A program made the translations under genes and the position numbers. DNA of 64,000 nt, taken from NCBI GenBank assembly GCA_964436855.1, contig CAYTED010000001.1, positions 21 through 64,020 on the forward strand, in the 5' to 3' direction. The notes below the pieces were generated by a model. The model was not told the origin of the DNA. It did not search any database and saw nothing but the letters and a program-made list of their open reading frames with translations. Positions 1 through 9,376 of the stretch are shown here, one piece after another. Origin of the DNA: an uncultured Bdellovibrionales bacterium. Lineage in GTDB: Bacteria > Patescibacteriota > Minisyncoccia > Moranbacterales > UBA1568. Each line of letters starts with the position of its first letter. Position 1 is the stretch's first letter.

Positions 1-35
1 GACACAGAGTGTCCTAATTCAGAACGGAATGAATG
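1..35. repeat. Left copy of a perfect 35-bp inverted repeat (partner at 37445-37479). It contains the internal hairpin gacacAGAgtgtc and the start codons gaATGaATG.
   Basis: The reverse complement of 37445-37479 is identical to 1-35 (gacacagagtgtcctaattcagaacggaatgaatg). The repeat may extend left of the window. Confidence 0.85.
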
Positions 36-80
36 ATACCACAATAAAGCCGTTTAACAACCCAAGCCAAGGAGATCATA

Positions 81-719
81 ATGATCCGAATCGCATTCTT
101 TACCGTCCTGGTATTCTTGAGCCAGGCAGGCCAGCAAGCAATGGCCGGGGATTTCGAATTTTCTGGCTTTATCGCGGCCAAGTCCCGATATGTATTCGGG
201 AATGCCGTCGTGGCAAACGAAAAGCCCGTCATCCAGGGCGACATCTTCGTCGCCCACAAGAAATCATGCCTGCACTTCGACCTCTGGGCATCAAAAGGCC
301 TCAGGCAAAAGAAAGGCGATGAGGTCGACTACACGACTGGCTGCTCCGGAAGTCTCGGGGGGATCGACTTCAAGGCTGACCTTGCCTACTACGACTTCAT
401 CGGGAGTAGAGATGACATTCTCACTCCCATCATCGAGCTCTACCCACGCCAAGGCTGGGTAATCGGCGGGCAACACCTCCGATTAACCCAAACAAAAGCA
501 ACCGGCAAGCAACTCTATGTCGGTTATGAAAACCCCAAGTGGGGGACGAGAATCATCTACACCGACTTTTTCGGCCGAGTAACCGTGCTTAAGGCATGGT
601 ACAACTGGCCGATCGGGAAGGATGTGACGCTCTCCCTGACAGGATTCGGCGTTCTCTCCGATCCGGACAAAACCGGAAAGGAAAACCAGGTAGTGCTCGG
701 CATTCAGTACAATTTCTGA
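81..719 (+). CDS. Secreted beta-rich protein of unknown function, possibly a beta-barrel. It has an N-terminal signal peptide and a C-terminal aromatic residue.
   Basis: An AAGGAG ribosome-binding site sits 7 nt upstream. The N-terminus MIRIAFFTVLVFLSQAGQQAMA looks like a signal peptide. The sequence shows alternating hydrophobic patterning and ends in ...GIQYNF. I recognise no family. Confidence 0.45.
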   Translation: MIRIAFFTVLVFLSQAGQQAMAGDFEFSGFIAAKSRYVFGNAVVANEKPVIQGDIFVAHKKSCLHFDLWASKGLRQKKGDEVDYTTGCSGSLGGIDFKADLAYYDFIGSRDDILTPIIELYPRQGWVIGGQHLRLTQTKATGKQLYVGYENPKWGTRIIYTDFFGRVTVLKAWYNWPIGKDVTLSLTGFGVLSDPDKTGKENQVVLGIQYNF

Positions 720-928
720 CATGTCAGCACTTCTCACGCAGTCACACACGTGTGGCTGCTTTTTTTTTACCAAATATCCTCATACAAAAAACTTCGGAAG
801 AAAACACTCCGAAGCCTTTTGTACGACGAACGTAACAGGGGAGAAGAAAAGGATCTCCGAAAAAATATCTTTCCATCTCGACAAAAACTCCTGCGCGGTT
901 GTCGAAAAGAATATTCAAAAAAATTCAA

Positions 929-1567
929 CTACTCGATCTCTCGAATCATCTCCTCCTTTGGAAATCGAACTTTCGCAAACGATGCATTCTGATCTTCAGA
1001 AGATCGATACCCGACCGGAAGCAAGACAACCGAAGAAAGACCCAAGGAGTCAAGCGAAAGAATTTCATCGAATTTTTTCGAATCAAATCCCTCCATAGGG
1101 CAAGCATCAATTTCATGCATCGCAGCAGCCATCATGGCATTCCCCAAAACGATATACGCCTGACGTGCCGCCCAATCAGCAAGCGCCTCCGGTGTTCGCC
1201 CGGCAACAAAACCCTTCATCATTCCGATATACTCTTCGATCATCGATCGATCGATACCGCGAGTTTTGATCAAATCATCGACATATTCATCCACAAATGA
1301 ATCGTCGATATTTTTCTTCACGGCAAACACGATCAGATGTGACGCATCGACAACCTGTGGCTGGTTCCAAGAATGCTCCTGAAGCTTCTGTCGAATTTCC
1401 GGATTGGTTACGACGATTGCTCGCCACGGCTGCAAACCAAACGACGTCGGCGTCAATCGCATCGCATCGAGCAATACACGCATATCATCGTCACTCACTT
1501 TCTTTGACGGATCAAACTTCTTGGTGGCATATCGCCACGCAAGTGCATCGAGAAGACTTTTCTGCAT
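929..1567 (-). CDS. Nitroreductase family protein (NAD(P)H-dependent, NfsB-like).
   Basis: The 212-aa product matches the nitroreductase fold end to end (…RLTPTSFGLQPW…, …GNAMMAAAMHEIDACPMEGF…). Confidence 0.8.
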   Translation of the reverse strand: MQKSLLDALAWRYATKKFDPSKKVSDDDMRVLLDAMRLTPTSFGLQPWRAIVVTNPEIRQKLQEHSWNQPQVVDASHLIVFAVKKNIDDSFVDEYVDDLIKTRGIDRSMIEEYIGMMKGFVAGRTPEALADWAARQAYIVLGNAMMAAAMHEIDACPMEGFDSKKFDEILSLDSLGLSSVVLLPVGYRSSEDQNASFAKVRFPKEEMIREIE

Positions 1568-1656
1568 ACAAAAATTTTTATATGATTACAGAAGCTATTA
1601 TAGTGCACTTTACTTTATTTTGTAAAGTATTATACTGTATTTAAGAAAGAAATGCT

Positions 1657-1968
1657 ATGAATAAAGCAGAAAAAGAAGGCTGCTGCCCTATAGCCAAGGC
1701 ACTCGAAATCCTCGGTGGGAAGCATACATTTCTCATCATGAGAGATCTTTTGGCTGGCCCCAAACGATACGGAGAACTTCACGCTTCGATAGGGGACATC
1801 AGCACCAAAACGCTCTCCGAACGACTTGTTTTTCTTGAAGAAGAAAAAGTTATCACCAAAAAAACTTTTCAGGAAATGCCACCGCACGTAGAATACACCC
1901 TCACAAAAAAAGGCCGTGCTCTCGGACCTATCCTTGATGACCTTCGAAAGTGGGGGGCTTCTGTCTGA
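1657..1968 (+). CDS. HxlR-family winged-helix transcriptional regulator.
   Basis: The 103-aa product has CPIAKALEILGGKHTFLIMRDL…YGEL, which is typical of the HxlR/MarR-like HTH_HxlR domain. It is divergent from the nitroreductase gene, a classic pairing. Confidence 0.75.
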   Translation: MNKAEKEGCCPIAKALEILGGKHTFLIMRDLLAGPKRYGELHASIGDISTKTLSERLVFLEEEKVITKKTFQEMPPHVEYTLTKKGRALGPILDDLRKWGASV

Positions 1969-2004
1969 TCTTATATATAATCCCGGACAAAAGCTCCGGC
2001 AACA

Positions 2005-3180
2005 CTAGAGAACCTCACCCTCACCGAGCACCCCTTCCTCTTCTCCGTAATTTCCTTTTTTGACAGAGAGAGAAGTTGTTTCCTTATCGAGCCGCTTTCC
2101 TTCTTCTTCGATTTTTTTCCGAAGAGCGAGGGGAATTTCTCCCAATTTTTTTCGAAGCAACGTGCCATCCAACTTTTGCACGGAATTCCATTCATTGATC
2201 GGCTCAAGGACTGATCGAACAATCTCCTCGTCGTACTTGTATGTTTTTCGAATGGATTTACTGATCACACCCGCTTCGCCAAAAACCCGATCCACGCCTT
2301 CTTGTTCCATATAGCCAAAGAGTGTGTCCTGAAGCTCAGCAAGTTTTTTCTTCTGTATCGCGAGATCATTTTTAATCCCAATATATTCCGTGACAGACTG
2401 CTTTACTTCTTCTGTTTCAAATTTCCGCGTCTCTGCAAATTTATGCCTCCAGAGAGGACACATTTTTTGATACCCGCACCAATCACAAAGCGGCGAAAGT
2501 GTCGGTTCAAATTTTTCTTCCTGAATATCCCGTATCACTCGCAACACTTTTTCATCGAGCCGCTTGAGATCTTCTTCTGTCCGATTTGAAGAAAGCTTCA
2601 CACCGTGTTTCAAGAAATACAGACTCACGGTAATATGCTCGAGATTTTTTCGCTCATTGGGATAGCGTTCAAGGAAAGCACGAAGATAAACAGTCAGCTG
2701 CAAATCCTCATCCACCTTTGACTGGGGTGGCATTTTTTTGGTCGTTTTGTAGTCGATAATTTCATATCCCTCGTCTGTCTTGTCAATTCGATCGATCGAT
2801 CCGGCAATGATATGTCGTCCAATCTTATCGTCTCCAATCTCCATCTGAAAACGACTCTCCAAATCAACAACATTTGCAGTCGTAATATCATTGGCATCAT
2901 AGTATCGACGAATCATTTCGACACCCTGAGAAAAGGCTGATCGTTCCTCAAGGGGGGAATCAAAGACATCCTCTCGCCATCCACGAGAAAAATGATCAAT
3001 CGCTTGCTCAAAGGTCGGCTGTAAAATCGCAGGCGTATGAATAAACTTCATGGTCGAATGAATCAGCGTTCCAAAGAGCGCTTCCTTTGACTTTGGCTCT
3101 GAAATTTTGTCGATCTCTCGATACTTGTACTTGAGCGAACAACTCTCGTACGTATCAATAGCAGAATAAGAAAGTCGCAT
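2005..3180 (-). CDS. PD-(D/E)XK nuclease family protein (RecB/Cas4-like, with a C-terminal Cys cluster).
   Basis: SIDRID…EIIDYKT is a D…(D/E)xK motif. The C-terminal CDWCGYQKMCPLW resembles the Cas4/AddB Fe-S cysteines, and an N-terminal Cys (ESCSLKY) is present. Confidence 0.65.
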   Translation of the reverse strand: MRLSYSAIDTYESCSLKYKYREIDKISEPKSKEALFGTLIHSTMKFIHTPAILQPTFEQAIDHFSRGWREDVFDSPLEERSAFSQGVEMIRRYYDANDITTANVVDLESRFQMEIGDDKIGRHIIAGSIDRIDKTDEGYEIIDYKTTKKMPPQSKVDEDLQLTVYLRAFLERYPNERKNLEHITVSLYFLKHGVKLSSNRTEEDLKRLDEKVLRVIRDIQEEKFEPTLSPLCDWCGYQKMCPLWRHKFAETRKFETEEVKQSVTEYIGIKNDLAIQKKKLAELQDTLFGYMEQEGVDRVFGEAGVISKSIRKTYKYDEEIVRSVLEPINEWNSVQKLDGTLLRKKLGEIPLALRKKIEEEGKRLDKETTSLSVKKGNYGEEEGVLGEGEVL

Positions 3181-3392
3181 AATTTTTTGAGAAAAAAGAG
3201 GGGACTACTTCAAAGATCGGAGAGTGATCCAGACTTGCATTGTAACAAAAAAGTGGCTTTTTTAATAATCAAAAATTATGGATGACCGACATACTTCTGG
3301 AAAGAATTTTCTCCAAGAAAGGGGGAAGGAAAGCCTAAAGAACAAGGATTTCAAGGAATATAATCATCAACAAAGCATCTCCTTTCCCTCTC

Positions 3393-3432
3393 TATATTAT
3401 GTCGCATAATGTAACTTATGCGACATAATATA
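3393..3432. promoter_or_regulatory. Perfect 17-bp inverted repeat with a 6-bp spacer (tatattatgtcgcataa-tgtaac-ttatgcgacataatata). This is an operator-like palindrome.
   Basis: The two arms are exact reverse complements. It lies in the 566-bp intergenic region upstream of the nuclease gene. Confidence 0.4.
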
Positions 3433-3746
3433 TTATTGAAAAGAGCTTGTAAAAGACCTTTGAAGAAAAAGTGTTCTGTATTCCCCTATTTTGTTTTTCA
3501 AAAAAATACAACGCAAGAGAATACATTTTCCGAAGTTCTTTTTTCTGAAATGGTATCTCATATACCCCTCTCTTCCCTCATATCACTCCGACCTCTCTTC
3601 TCTTCTTTTTTGAAAACAAAAAATCCCATAATCCGCGGCCGCGAGTTATAGGATAGTTCCACGAAAACAGAAAGCAAAAATCCCCCATTTTTCGTTGAAA
3701 TTATCGGGGGAGTTCTCTCGAAAAAAAGCGTCCGTCTAGTGTCCGC

Positions 3747-4418
3747 CTATACGGTTGCATTGTCAGTGCACGATCTTCGAGAAAAAAACTGTGCGACAAA
3801 AACTCTCGCTCTCTCTCCTAAAGTCGGAGTAAATTCGTGGCGCATATGAGGAAGGGACACTTCGAGCATCTTTTTCAGGTACACGATCGCAACTTCAAGA
3901 TACAGCCCTGACATAGCATGGGTTTCGATAATATTCGTATTCTTTCCTTGCGAAAGATCTCCATGTCGAAATTTCTCGAGTATGCCTTCCAGCACATCGA
4001 TAATCTGATCGTAGCGCATCTCGAAAATATCCCAACCAAAAGAAAGTGGATGACCAAGTCGATCGATCATCACTACTCCAAATGGCAATCGAGACTCACC
4101 TTTTTCATCAAAAAGGGAAAGCCTTTCCGCAGCTTGAAATGATCGACAGAGATAGAAATGAGCTGACTCAGAATACCTCACAAGGCGCGGCCGATGCTTC
4201 TTGAAATCATCAACGATGTCCTTCTCAAGACAAGCGATCATGCCTAAAAGAATATTCAGAAACCCATCTCGGTTCATCAGGGCGATTCTCCGGCCAAGCT
4301 CTCGATTGGAGAAAAAGTACAACGCACCCGGAACCTTGACCGGATGGAAGCGCAGACGATCCTGTTGTAAAGAAACCATGCGACATTCTCCTTTTACAAA
4401 TTGAGGAAATGACGACAA
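3747..4418 (-). CDS. Hypothetical protein.
   Basis: A 223-aa ORF with ordinary coding composition. I recognise no family. The true start may be an internal Met (MVSLQQ…). Confidence 0.35.
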   Translation of the reverse strand: MSSFPQFVKGECRMVSLQQDRLRFHPVKVPGALYFFSNRELGRRIALMNRDGFLNILLGMIACLEKDIVDDFKKHRPRLVRYSESAHFYLCRSFQAAERLSLFDEKGESRLPFGVVMIDRLGHPLSFGWDIFEMRYDQIIDVLEGILEKFRHGDLSQGKNTNIIETHAMSGLYLEVAIVYLKKMLEVSLPHMRHEFTPTLGERARVFVAQFFSRRSCTDNATV

Positions 4419-4538
4419 ACAATAGACACAGTAAAGCCTATTTCCAAAAAAGAGTCAAAAAAAATTAATTATATGAGAAAATAATAATACAAAAAAATAA
4501 GGGATGGAAAAATCCCGAAAAAACTTTTCGAAGAGGAC

Positions 4539-5813
4539 TTACGGTAGATAATTCTTCGGATTGACGGTCGCGCCAATTGGAATATCTTTCAAACTTGGAA
4601 CAATCTTGGACGGAACCACCTCAAACGACTTTGCAGAAAAAACAGTGAAGTGGAGATGCGGACCGGTCGAATTTCCGGTATTGCCGGATTTTGCAATAAC
4701 ATCTCCTTGCTTTACCTTATCGCCTCGTGATTTTTTTACGACACTCAAATGACCATACATCGTAACAATACCATTACCATGATCAATCGCCATCCAGCGA
4801 CCGTACGCATACCGACCATTATTACCGGTTGCTACCACTTTCCCATCCTCCGCCGCCAAAACATCACTTCCAACCGGCATCCCAAAATCAAGTCCATTAT
4901 GAAATCCGCTCTTGTATCGACCGGAACTCACTGCAAAAGATGTTTTTCCATATCCCTGTGTCAGAACTACTTTCTTTACCGGATACTCAAGAAGGCCTTT
5001 TTGAAAAGCAGGCATATCCTTCAAATTCAGCTCGCCAACTTTTCCGGATTCAAGATCTTCGATTTCACTTTCGATTTCTTCGCGTTCTTCTTCGAGCTTA
5101 TCAATCAGTTTGTCATACTTCTGCTCTTCGGCTTTTGTTTTTTCGAGCAATTGCGCCTTATTTTCCTTTGAACTCTCCAGATACTCGTTCCTATCGGCAA
5201 GTTGCAGTCGGAGTGTATCCGCTTCAATTTTCTTTTCCTTTATCACGTCATACTCCGCCACGACGGACTTTTTCAGCGACTCAAGATCGTCGATCGCCAT
5301 CTCGATCCGCTCACTCGTCTGATTCGCCGCCTCCGCGGTCGAAAGAAAAAGACTCACCTCCCCCGCCGAAAGGAAAAAGGGGAGTTCTTCTTCGAGACTG
5401 CCAACGGAATAGGAACGAAACAAGTCAAGGAGAATGTTTTTCCGTTCGCGAATCACCGCCTCTTTTTCGGCAATACGCGTTTCGAGTACTGTCATTTCCG
5501 ATTCAAGAGATGTAAGCTTCGATTCGTTTTCAGCGATATCTTGTTCAAGTTGTTTCGCCTGCGCTTCGAGTGTTGTAATTTGTACGGAAAGATTCAGACG
5601 TTGTCGCTCTTTAATATCGGAAATTTTCTGGTACGCGTTGATCTTGTCAATAATCTCCTGTAGTTGATCCTGCTTTTTCTCGAGGTCATTTGCGGCAAAA
5701 ACACGCTCCGAAATCATTGAGAGACACGGAAAAGAAAAGGCTAGAACAAGAGCGATAACGCCAAAAAAATGCAGAAAATGTTTTTCGTTTTTCTGTTCTT
5801 TTTTCATAGACAT
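4539..5813 (-). CDS. M23 family metallopeptidase with an N-terminal membrane anchor and a long coiled coil (EnvC/LytM-like murein hydrolase activator).
   Basis: The C-terminus carries the M23 motifs HNGLDFGMPVGSDVLAAEDGKV…HGNG…GNTGNSTGPHLHF. The central region has heptad-rich LEAQAKQLEQDI… repeats. Confidence 0.8.
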   Translation of the reverse strand: MSMKKEQKNEKHFLHFFGVIALVLAFSFPCLSMISERVFAANDLEKKQDQLQEIIDKINAYQKISDIKERQRLNLSVQITTLEAQAKQLEQDIAENESKLTSLESEMTVLETRIAEKEAVIRERKNILLDLFRSYSVGSLEEELPFFLSAGEVSLFLSTAEAANQTSERIEMAIDDLESLKKSVVAEYDVIKEKKIEADTLRLQLADRNEYLESSKENKAQLLEKTKAEEQKYDKLIDKLEEEREEIESEIEDLESGKVGELNLKDMPAFQKGLLEYPVKKVVLTQGYGKTSFAVSSGRYKSGFHNGLDFGMPVGSDVLAAEDGKVVATGNNGRYAYGRWMAIDHGNGIVTMYGHLSVVKKSRGDKVKQGDVIAKSGNTGNSTGPHLHFTVFSAKSFEVVPSKIVPSLKDIPIGATVNPKNYLP

Positions 5814-5859
5814 ATTGTATCATATTTTTATTTATGGCTTATATTAGCAATTTTTATAG

Positions 5860-5888
5860 TTGACTGGGAAAGGATTTTGATATATAAT
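5860..5888 (+). promoter_or_regulatory. Sigma70-type promoter: TTGACT, 17-bp spacer, TATAAT.
   Basis: The -35 element at 5860-5865 and the -10 at 5883-5888 are a near-perfect consensus. The promoter lies about 35 nt upstream of the GTG start at 5923, which has a GAAGGGTGG ribosome-binding site. Confidence 0.55.
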
Positions 5889-5922
5889 AAAAAATTGTAC
5901 TTTTCAAGAAGGGTGGTAAACT

Positions 5923-6303
5923 GTGTCGAATTTCCATCAGATGATCGCGAATATCGCCGGCTTGACGCTTGTATTGATGTTTTTGTGTCTTTTCTTCGGT
6001 GATGCCGGTGAGAAGACAAGCGGAAAACGTCAACCAGCCATCAGTATGGCGCGATGGCTTTTCGGAAAAATGTTTCCGAGCAGATTTCCGCATCATTTCT
6101 CACCGACGAGTTATGATGTCGGTCGCTGGTCGGGATACGTCGCGCTGTTCTGTATCGTCAGCCTGACCGCCATTCGTTATTTCAAAATGAACGAGTGGTG
6201 GGCAATGGGTATCGCAACCCTCGCCGTCATTGGTGTCGCTGCGATTCGGCACGCGATCCGTGTCCTCGTCATATGGATACGGATTATCCGAAGAAAAAAA
6301 TAA
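5923..6303 (+). CDS. Small integral membrane protein, hypothetical.
   Basis: The 126-aa product has 3-4 hydrophobic helices and a basic C-terminus. It uses a GTG start and has a good ribosome-binding site. Confidence 0.4.
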   Translation: MSNFHQMIANIAGLTLVLMFLCLFFGDAGEKTSGKRQPAISMARWLFGKMFPSRFPHHFSPTSYDVGRWSGYVALFCIVSLTAIRYFKMNEWWAMGIATLAVIGVAAIRHAIRVLVIWIRIIRRKK

Positions 6304-6321
6304 GCGCCGAGAAGATATAGC

Positions 6322-6350
6322 AAAAGCCCCGGGAACCCCGAGGCTTTTTT
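6322..6350. terminator. Bidirectional intrinsic terminator: stem aaaagcc/ggctttt flanked by an A-run and a T-run.
   Basis: A hairpin followed by TTTTTT lies between the convergent 5923..6303 (+) and gltX (-) genes. Confidence 0.5.
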
Positions 6351-6366
6351 CTTTCTTTGAAATTTT

Positions 6367-7854
6367 TTACGAGAGCAGTGTGATCGCCTGATCAACCCGC
6401 TTCAGACTCTCGTCGCGGCCAAGCACCCACGCACAATCAAACGGGGATGGCGATTTGTCCGCGCCAGTAAGAGCAAATCGAAGCGGCCACAAAAAATCAC
6501 CACGCTTCTCCCCCGCCGCGTCCATCAATACTTTTTCCAAAACACTTTTCTCCGCCCATTCCTCATCCGAAAGTGCTGAAAGAATATCTCGCGCACGAGT
6601 AAGCGACACCTTCGTCATCTCCGCCGTATTTTCTTTCCAATTGAGTTTCTTCGGATCATACACCGGATCGGTCGCAAAGAAAAAAAGATTCTGTTCGCCG
6701 ACATCGGAGAGTTTTGCAAGTCGTTCTCGCTCGATCATAAGCACTCGCTTAAGATACTCTTCTGTCTGCATCTCCCCTGGCGCATTCCGAATGAGATCTT
6801 TTTCCAAAAACTTTCCGTCACGCATTTTTTCATACAGTTCGTCTACCGAAAGTTTCTTGATATACTCCGCATTCATCCAATCAAGTTTCTTCAAATCAAA
6901 AACTGCTCCCGCTTTATTTACTTGTGAGAGATCAAATCGCTCGATCAATTCTTCCAAAGAAAAAATTTCCCGTGTCTCCCCCTTTCCGGGATTCCACCCG
7001 AGAAGCGCGACAAAATTCAGAAGCGCTTCCTTGAGATACCCTTTTGCGAGATAGTCTTCCACTGCGACATCCCCCTGACGCTTGGAGAGCTTCGATCTGT
7101 CGGCATTGAGGAGAAGTGGCAAGTGAGCAAATTCCGGAATATCCCATCCAAACGATTCATACAAAAGAACATGCTTTGGCGTAGAAGAGAGCCATTCTTC
7201 TCCACGAATAATATGCGTTATTTGCATGAGATGATCATCAACAACGACTGCTAAGTGATAGGTTGGAAACCCATCCGATTTTAAAAGTACCTGATCATCG
7301 ACATCACGCGTATGAAATTTCACCGTCCCGCGCACGAGATCGGTGAAACAAATTTCTCGATCATCAGGAACCGCCATTCGAACCACAAAAGACTCTCCTT
7401 GCTCAAGACGCGCCTTCACTTCATCTTCTGAAAGAGAACGGCAGTGTCGATCATATTTCGGCGCTCGCTTTACTTTCATTTGTTCTGCTCGAACAGACTC
7501 CAATCGTTCAGGCGTACAAAAACAATGATACGCTTTTTTCTTTGCAAGCAATTCATCGACGTATTTCTGATATATACAGAGTCGTTGCGACTGCGTATAC
7601 GGACCATATTCGCCCTTTTCCACTACGGCGCCATTTTTAAACAATACGCCCTCATCCGGCTGAAGACCAAGCATCGCAAGCATCCGCGCAAGATTTTCTA
7701 CCGCACCATCCACAAAACGTTTCTGGTCGGTATCCTCGATACGCAGCACAAATGCTCCATGAAATTTTTTTGCAAGCAAAAAATCCGTGAGTGCCATGCG
7801 CAAGCTTCCAACATGCATAAACCCCGTCGGCGACGGCGCAAATCGGACACGCAT
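6367..7854 (-). CDS. gltX: Glutamate--tRNA ligase.
   Basis: The N-terminus MRVRFAPSPTGFMHVGSLRMAL matches the HIGH region. KLSKRQGD is the KMSKS motif. The length and the anticodon-binding C-terminus are typical. Confidence 0.9.
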   Translation of the reverse strand: MRVRFAPSPTGFMHVGSLRMALTDFLLAKKFHGAFVLRIEDTDQKRFVDGAVENLARMLAMLGLQPDEGVLFKNGAVVEKGEYGPYTQSQRLCIYQKYVDELLAKKKAYHCFCTPERLESVRAEQMKVKRAPKYDRHCRSLSEDEVKARLEQGESFVVRMAVPDDREICFTDLVRGTVKFHTRDVDDQVLLKSDGFPTYHLAVVVDDHLMQITHIIRGEEWLSSTPKHVLLYESFGWDIPEFAHLPLLLNADRSKLSKRQGDVAVEDYLAKGYLKEALLNFVALLGWNPGKGETREIFSLEELIERFDLSQVNKAGAVFDLKKLDWMNAEYIKKLSVDELYEKMRDGKFLEKDLIRNAPGEMQTEEYLKRVLMIERERLAKLSDVGEQNLFFFATDPVYDPKKLNWKENTAEMTKVSLTRARDILSALSDEEWAEKSVLEKVLMDAAGEKRGDFLWPLRFALTGADKSPSPFDCAWVLGRDESLKRVDQAITLLS

Positions 7855-7897
7855 TGTCTGTTTCCGCTCTTCCATATCCAAATCTTTTTCCGAAAAA

Positions 7898-8641
7898 TTA
7901 TGGCTTCAGTATGGCATTTTTTAGAACTTTGAACAAGAAAATAAGTGTGGCATCAAAAATTCTCCCCATTCTTTTTGGTTGCAGCGTAAGTCGCCACAGC
8001 CATTCGAGGCCGATCATTCGCAACCATTTCGGAGCGCGTTTTTGTTTCCCGGTCAGATAATCAAATGCGCCACCAATGCCCATCGAAAGTCGCACCTCTC
8101 CCGGATTCGCCCGCAATGATTCGAGAAAATATTCCTGCTCCGGGGCACCGAAATTACAAAAAATGATATTAGATTTATGATTTACGATTTTGGAATAAGA
8201 ATCTTTATCCGAAGAATCCATAAATCTTAAATCATCAATCATAAATCCCTGACCCACTATGGCAAGATTTGGATACTTTTTTAAAACAATCGATTCCACC
8301 TCCTCATACGAACTCAATCCATCCTTTCGCACCGCAAGATATACCGAAAGATGTCGCTCGTTCGCGATACGCAATATCTCTTTCATTAAATCCGCCCCGG
8401 GAAACCGCTCGATTTTTTTCCCCTGCAACCACCCCGCAAGAACGATACCGAATCCGTCCGCGATCCGAAGATCCGCCGCCCGAAGATTCTCCCGAAACGC
8501 ATCGTCTTTCTCCGCACGAAGCAAAAACTCCGGATTCACCGTCGCAATACGATGAAACTTTTTTTCATCAAGAAACTTCCCCACATATTCGATGAGGGAG
8601 TTTCGGGACAATGTATCAATGGGAATACCAAACAACTCCAT
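7898..8641 (-). CDS. WecB/TagA/CpsF-family glycosyltransferase (N-acetylmannosaminyltransferase-like).
   Basis: The 247-aa product contains …NPEFLL…, …FCNFGAPEQEYF… and …GIGGAFDYLTG…, the characteristic Glyco_tran_WecB motifs. Confidence 0.8.
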   Translation of the reverse strand: MELFGIPIDTLSRNSLIEYVGKFLDEKKFHRIATVNPEFLLRAEKDDAFRENLRAADLRIADGFGIVLAGWLQGKKIERFPGADLMKEILRIANERHLSVYLAVRKDGLSSYEEVESIVLKKYPNLAIVGQGFMIDDLRFMDSSDKDSYSKIVNHKSNIIFCNFGAPEQEYFLESLRANPGEVRLSMGIGGAFDYLTGKQKRAPKWLRMIGLEWLWRLTLQPKRMGRIFDATLIFLFKVLKNAILKP

Positions 8642-8780
8642 ATTTTATGAAGATTAATTTTCTGGCGCGACTTTACAACCGAAAGCATGGCCTTTTTTCT
8701 GAAAAAGTTTCGGTTGTAACGTCAGCTCGACCACGCTGGAGGTCGAGCGGCGACAGAAAATTCGATCTTCGTAAAAACAT

Positions 8781-9371
8781 TTACTTCAACTCAAAATCCC
8801 CAAGCGACACATACTTTCGCTTTCCGCCCTCCGCGACACTTTCAAACAAGGTAATGTTCCCGACCGACTCCACAAGACGAACCGACTCCAAAAGATCCGG
8901 CCGTTCGGGAAGTTTCGTCCATCGTCCCCGCAACACCCGCCCAAGCGTGACATGCGGACGGAATTCCTTATATTCCGGATCAAAAGAAGCGATCGATCGT
9001 TCGAGTGCGTTCCGTAATTTCGCAAGTTCTCCGCTCGGCTCGCCCGAAAGCCACACCATCCGCGCGCCCTCCCCCGCCTCCGGCACCATTTCGATCCGAT
9101 CAAACGAAAGTTCGAACGATTCGATATCCGCCACCGCTTCACGCAATTCTTCGCACAAATGATCCAAATCCTCATCCTTCACAAGACCAAGGAACGCAAG
9201 CGTTACATGCATCATATCCGCCGACGTAAAACGAATCGGGAGATGTTTCCATTTCTCCGTTTTCGCAAGCGCTCGCTTCGCAAATGACGCCGAGAGTGGT
9301 ATTCCTACAAAAAGTCTCCGTGCATTCATATACCGAAGAATAGCTTGTTCAAAGGAAAAAATCAATTTCAA
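8781..9371 (-). CDS. thpR: RNA 2',3'-cyclic phosphodiesterase (2H phosphoesterase, ThpR/LigT family).
   Basis: It carries two H-x-T-x motifs (HVTLAF and HVTLGR) about 80 aa apart. The length is about 190 aa. Confidence 0.75.
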   Translation of the reverse strand: MKLIFSFEQAILRYMNARRLFVGIPLSASFAKRALAKTEKWKHLPIRFTSADMMHVTLAFLGLVKDEDLDHLCEELREAVADIESFELSFDRIEMVPEAGEGARMVWLSGEPSGELAKLRNALERSIASFDPEYKEFRPHVTLGRVLRGRWTKLPERPDLLESVRLVESVGNITLFESVAEGGKRKYVSLGDFELK

Positions 9372-9376
9372 GAAGA

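Noticed and set aside
3181-3746. A possible tRNA or other RNA gene in the 566-bp intergenic region, and elsewhere in the window.
   Set aside because: I found no T-loop-like GGTTCGAATCC/GTTCGA(A/T)TCC motif with an appropriately spaced acceptor stem anywhere in the window. I could not support any tRNA call.
8642-8780. Two hairpins (ttacaaccgaaa…tttcggttgtaa; gctcgacc…ggtcgagc) between thpR and the TagA-like gene, considered as a possible sRNA or terminator.
   Set aside because: Neither hairpin is followed by a U-tract on either strand, and I recognised no promoter. I am leaving it as unexplained secondary structure and not calling it a feature.
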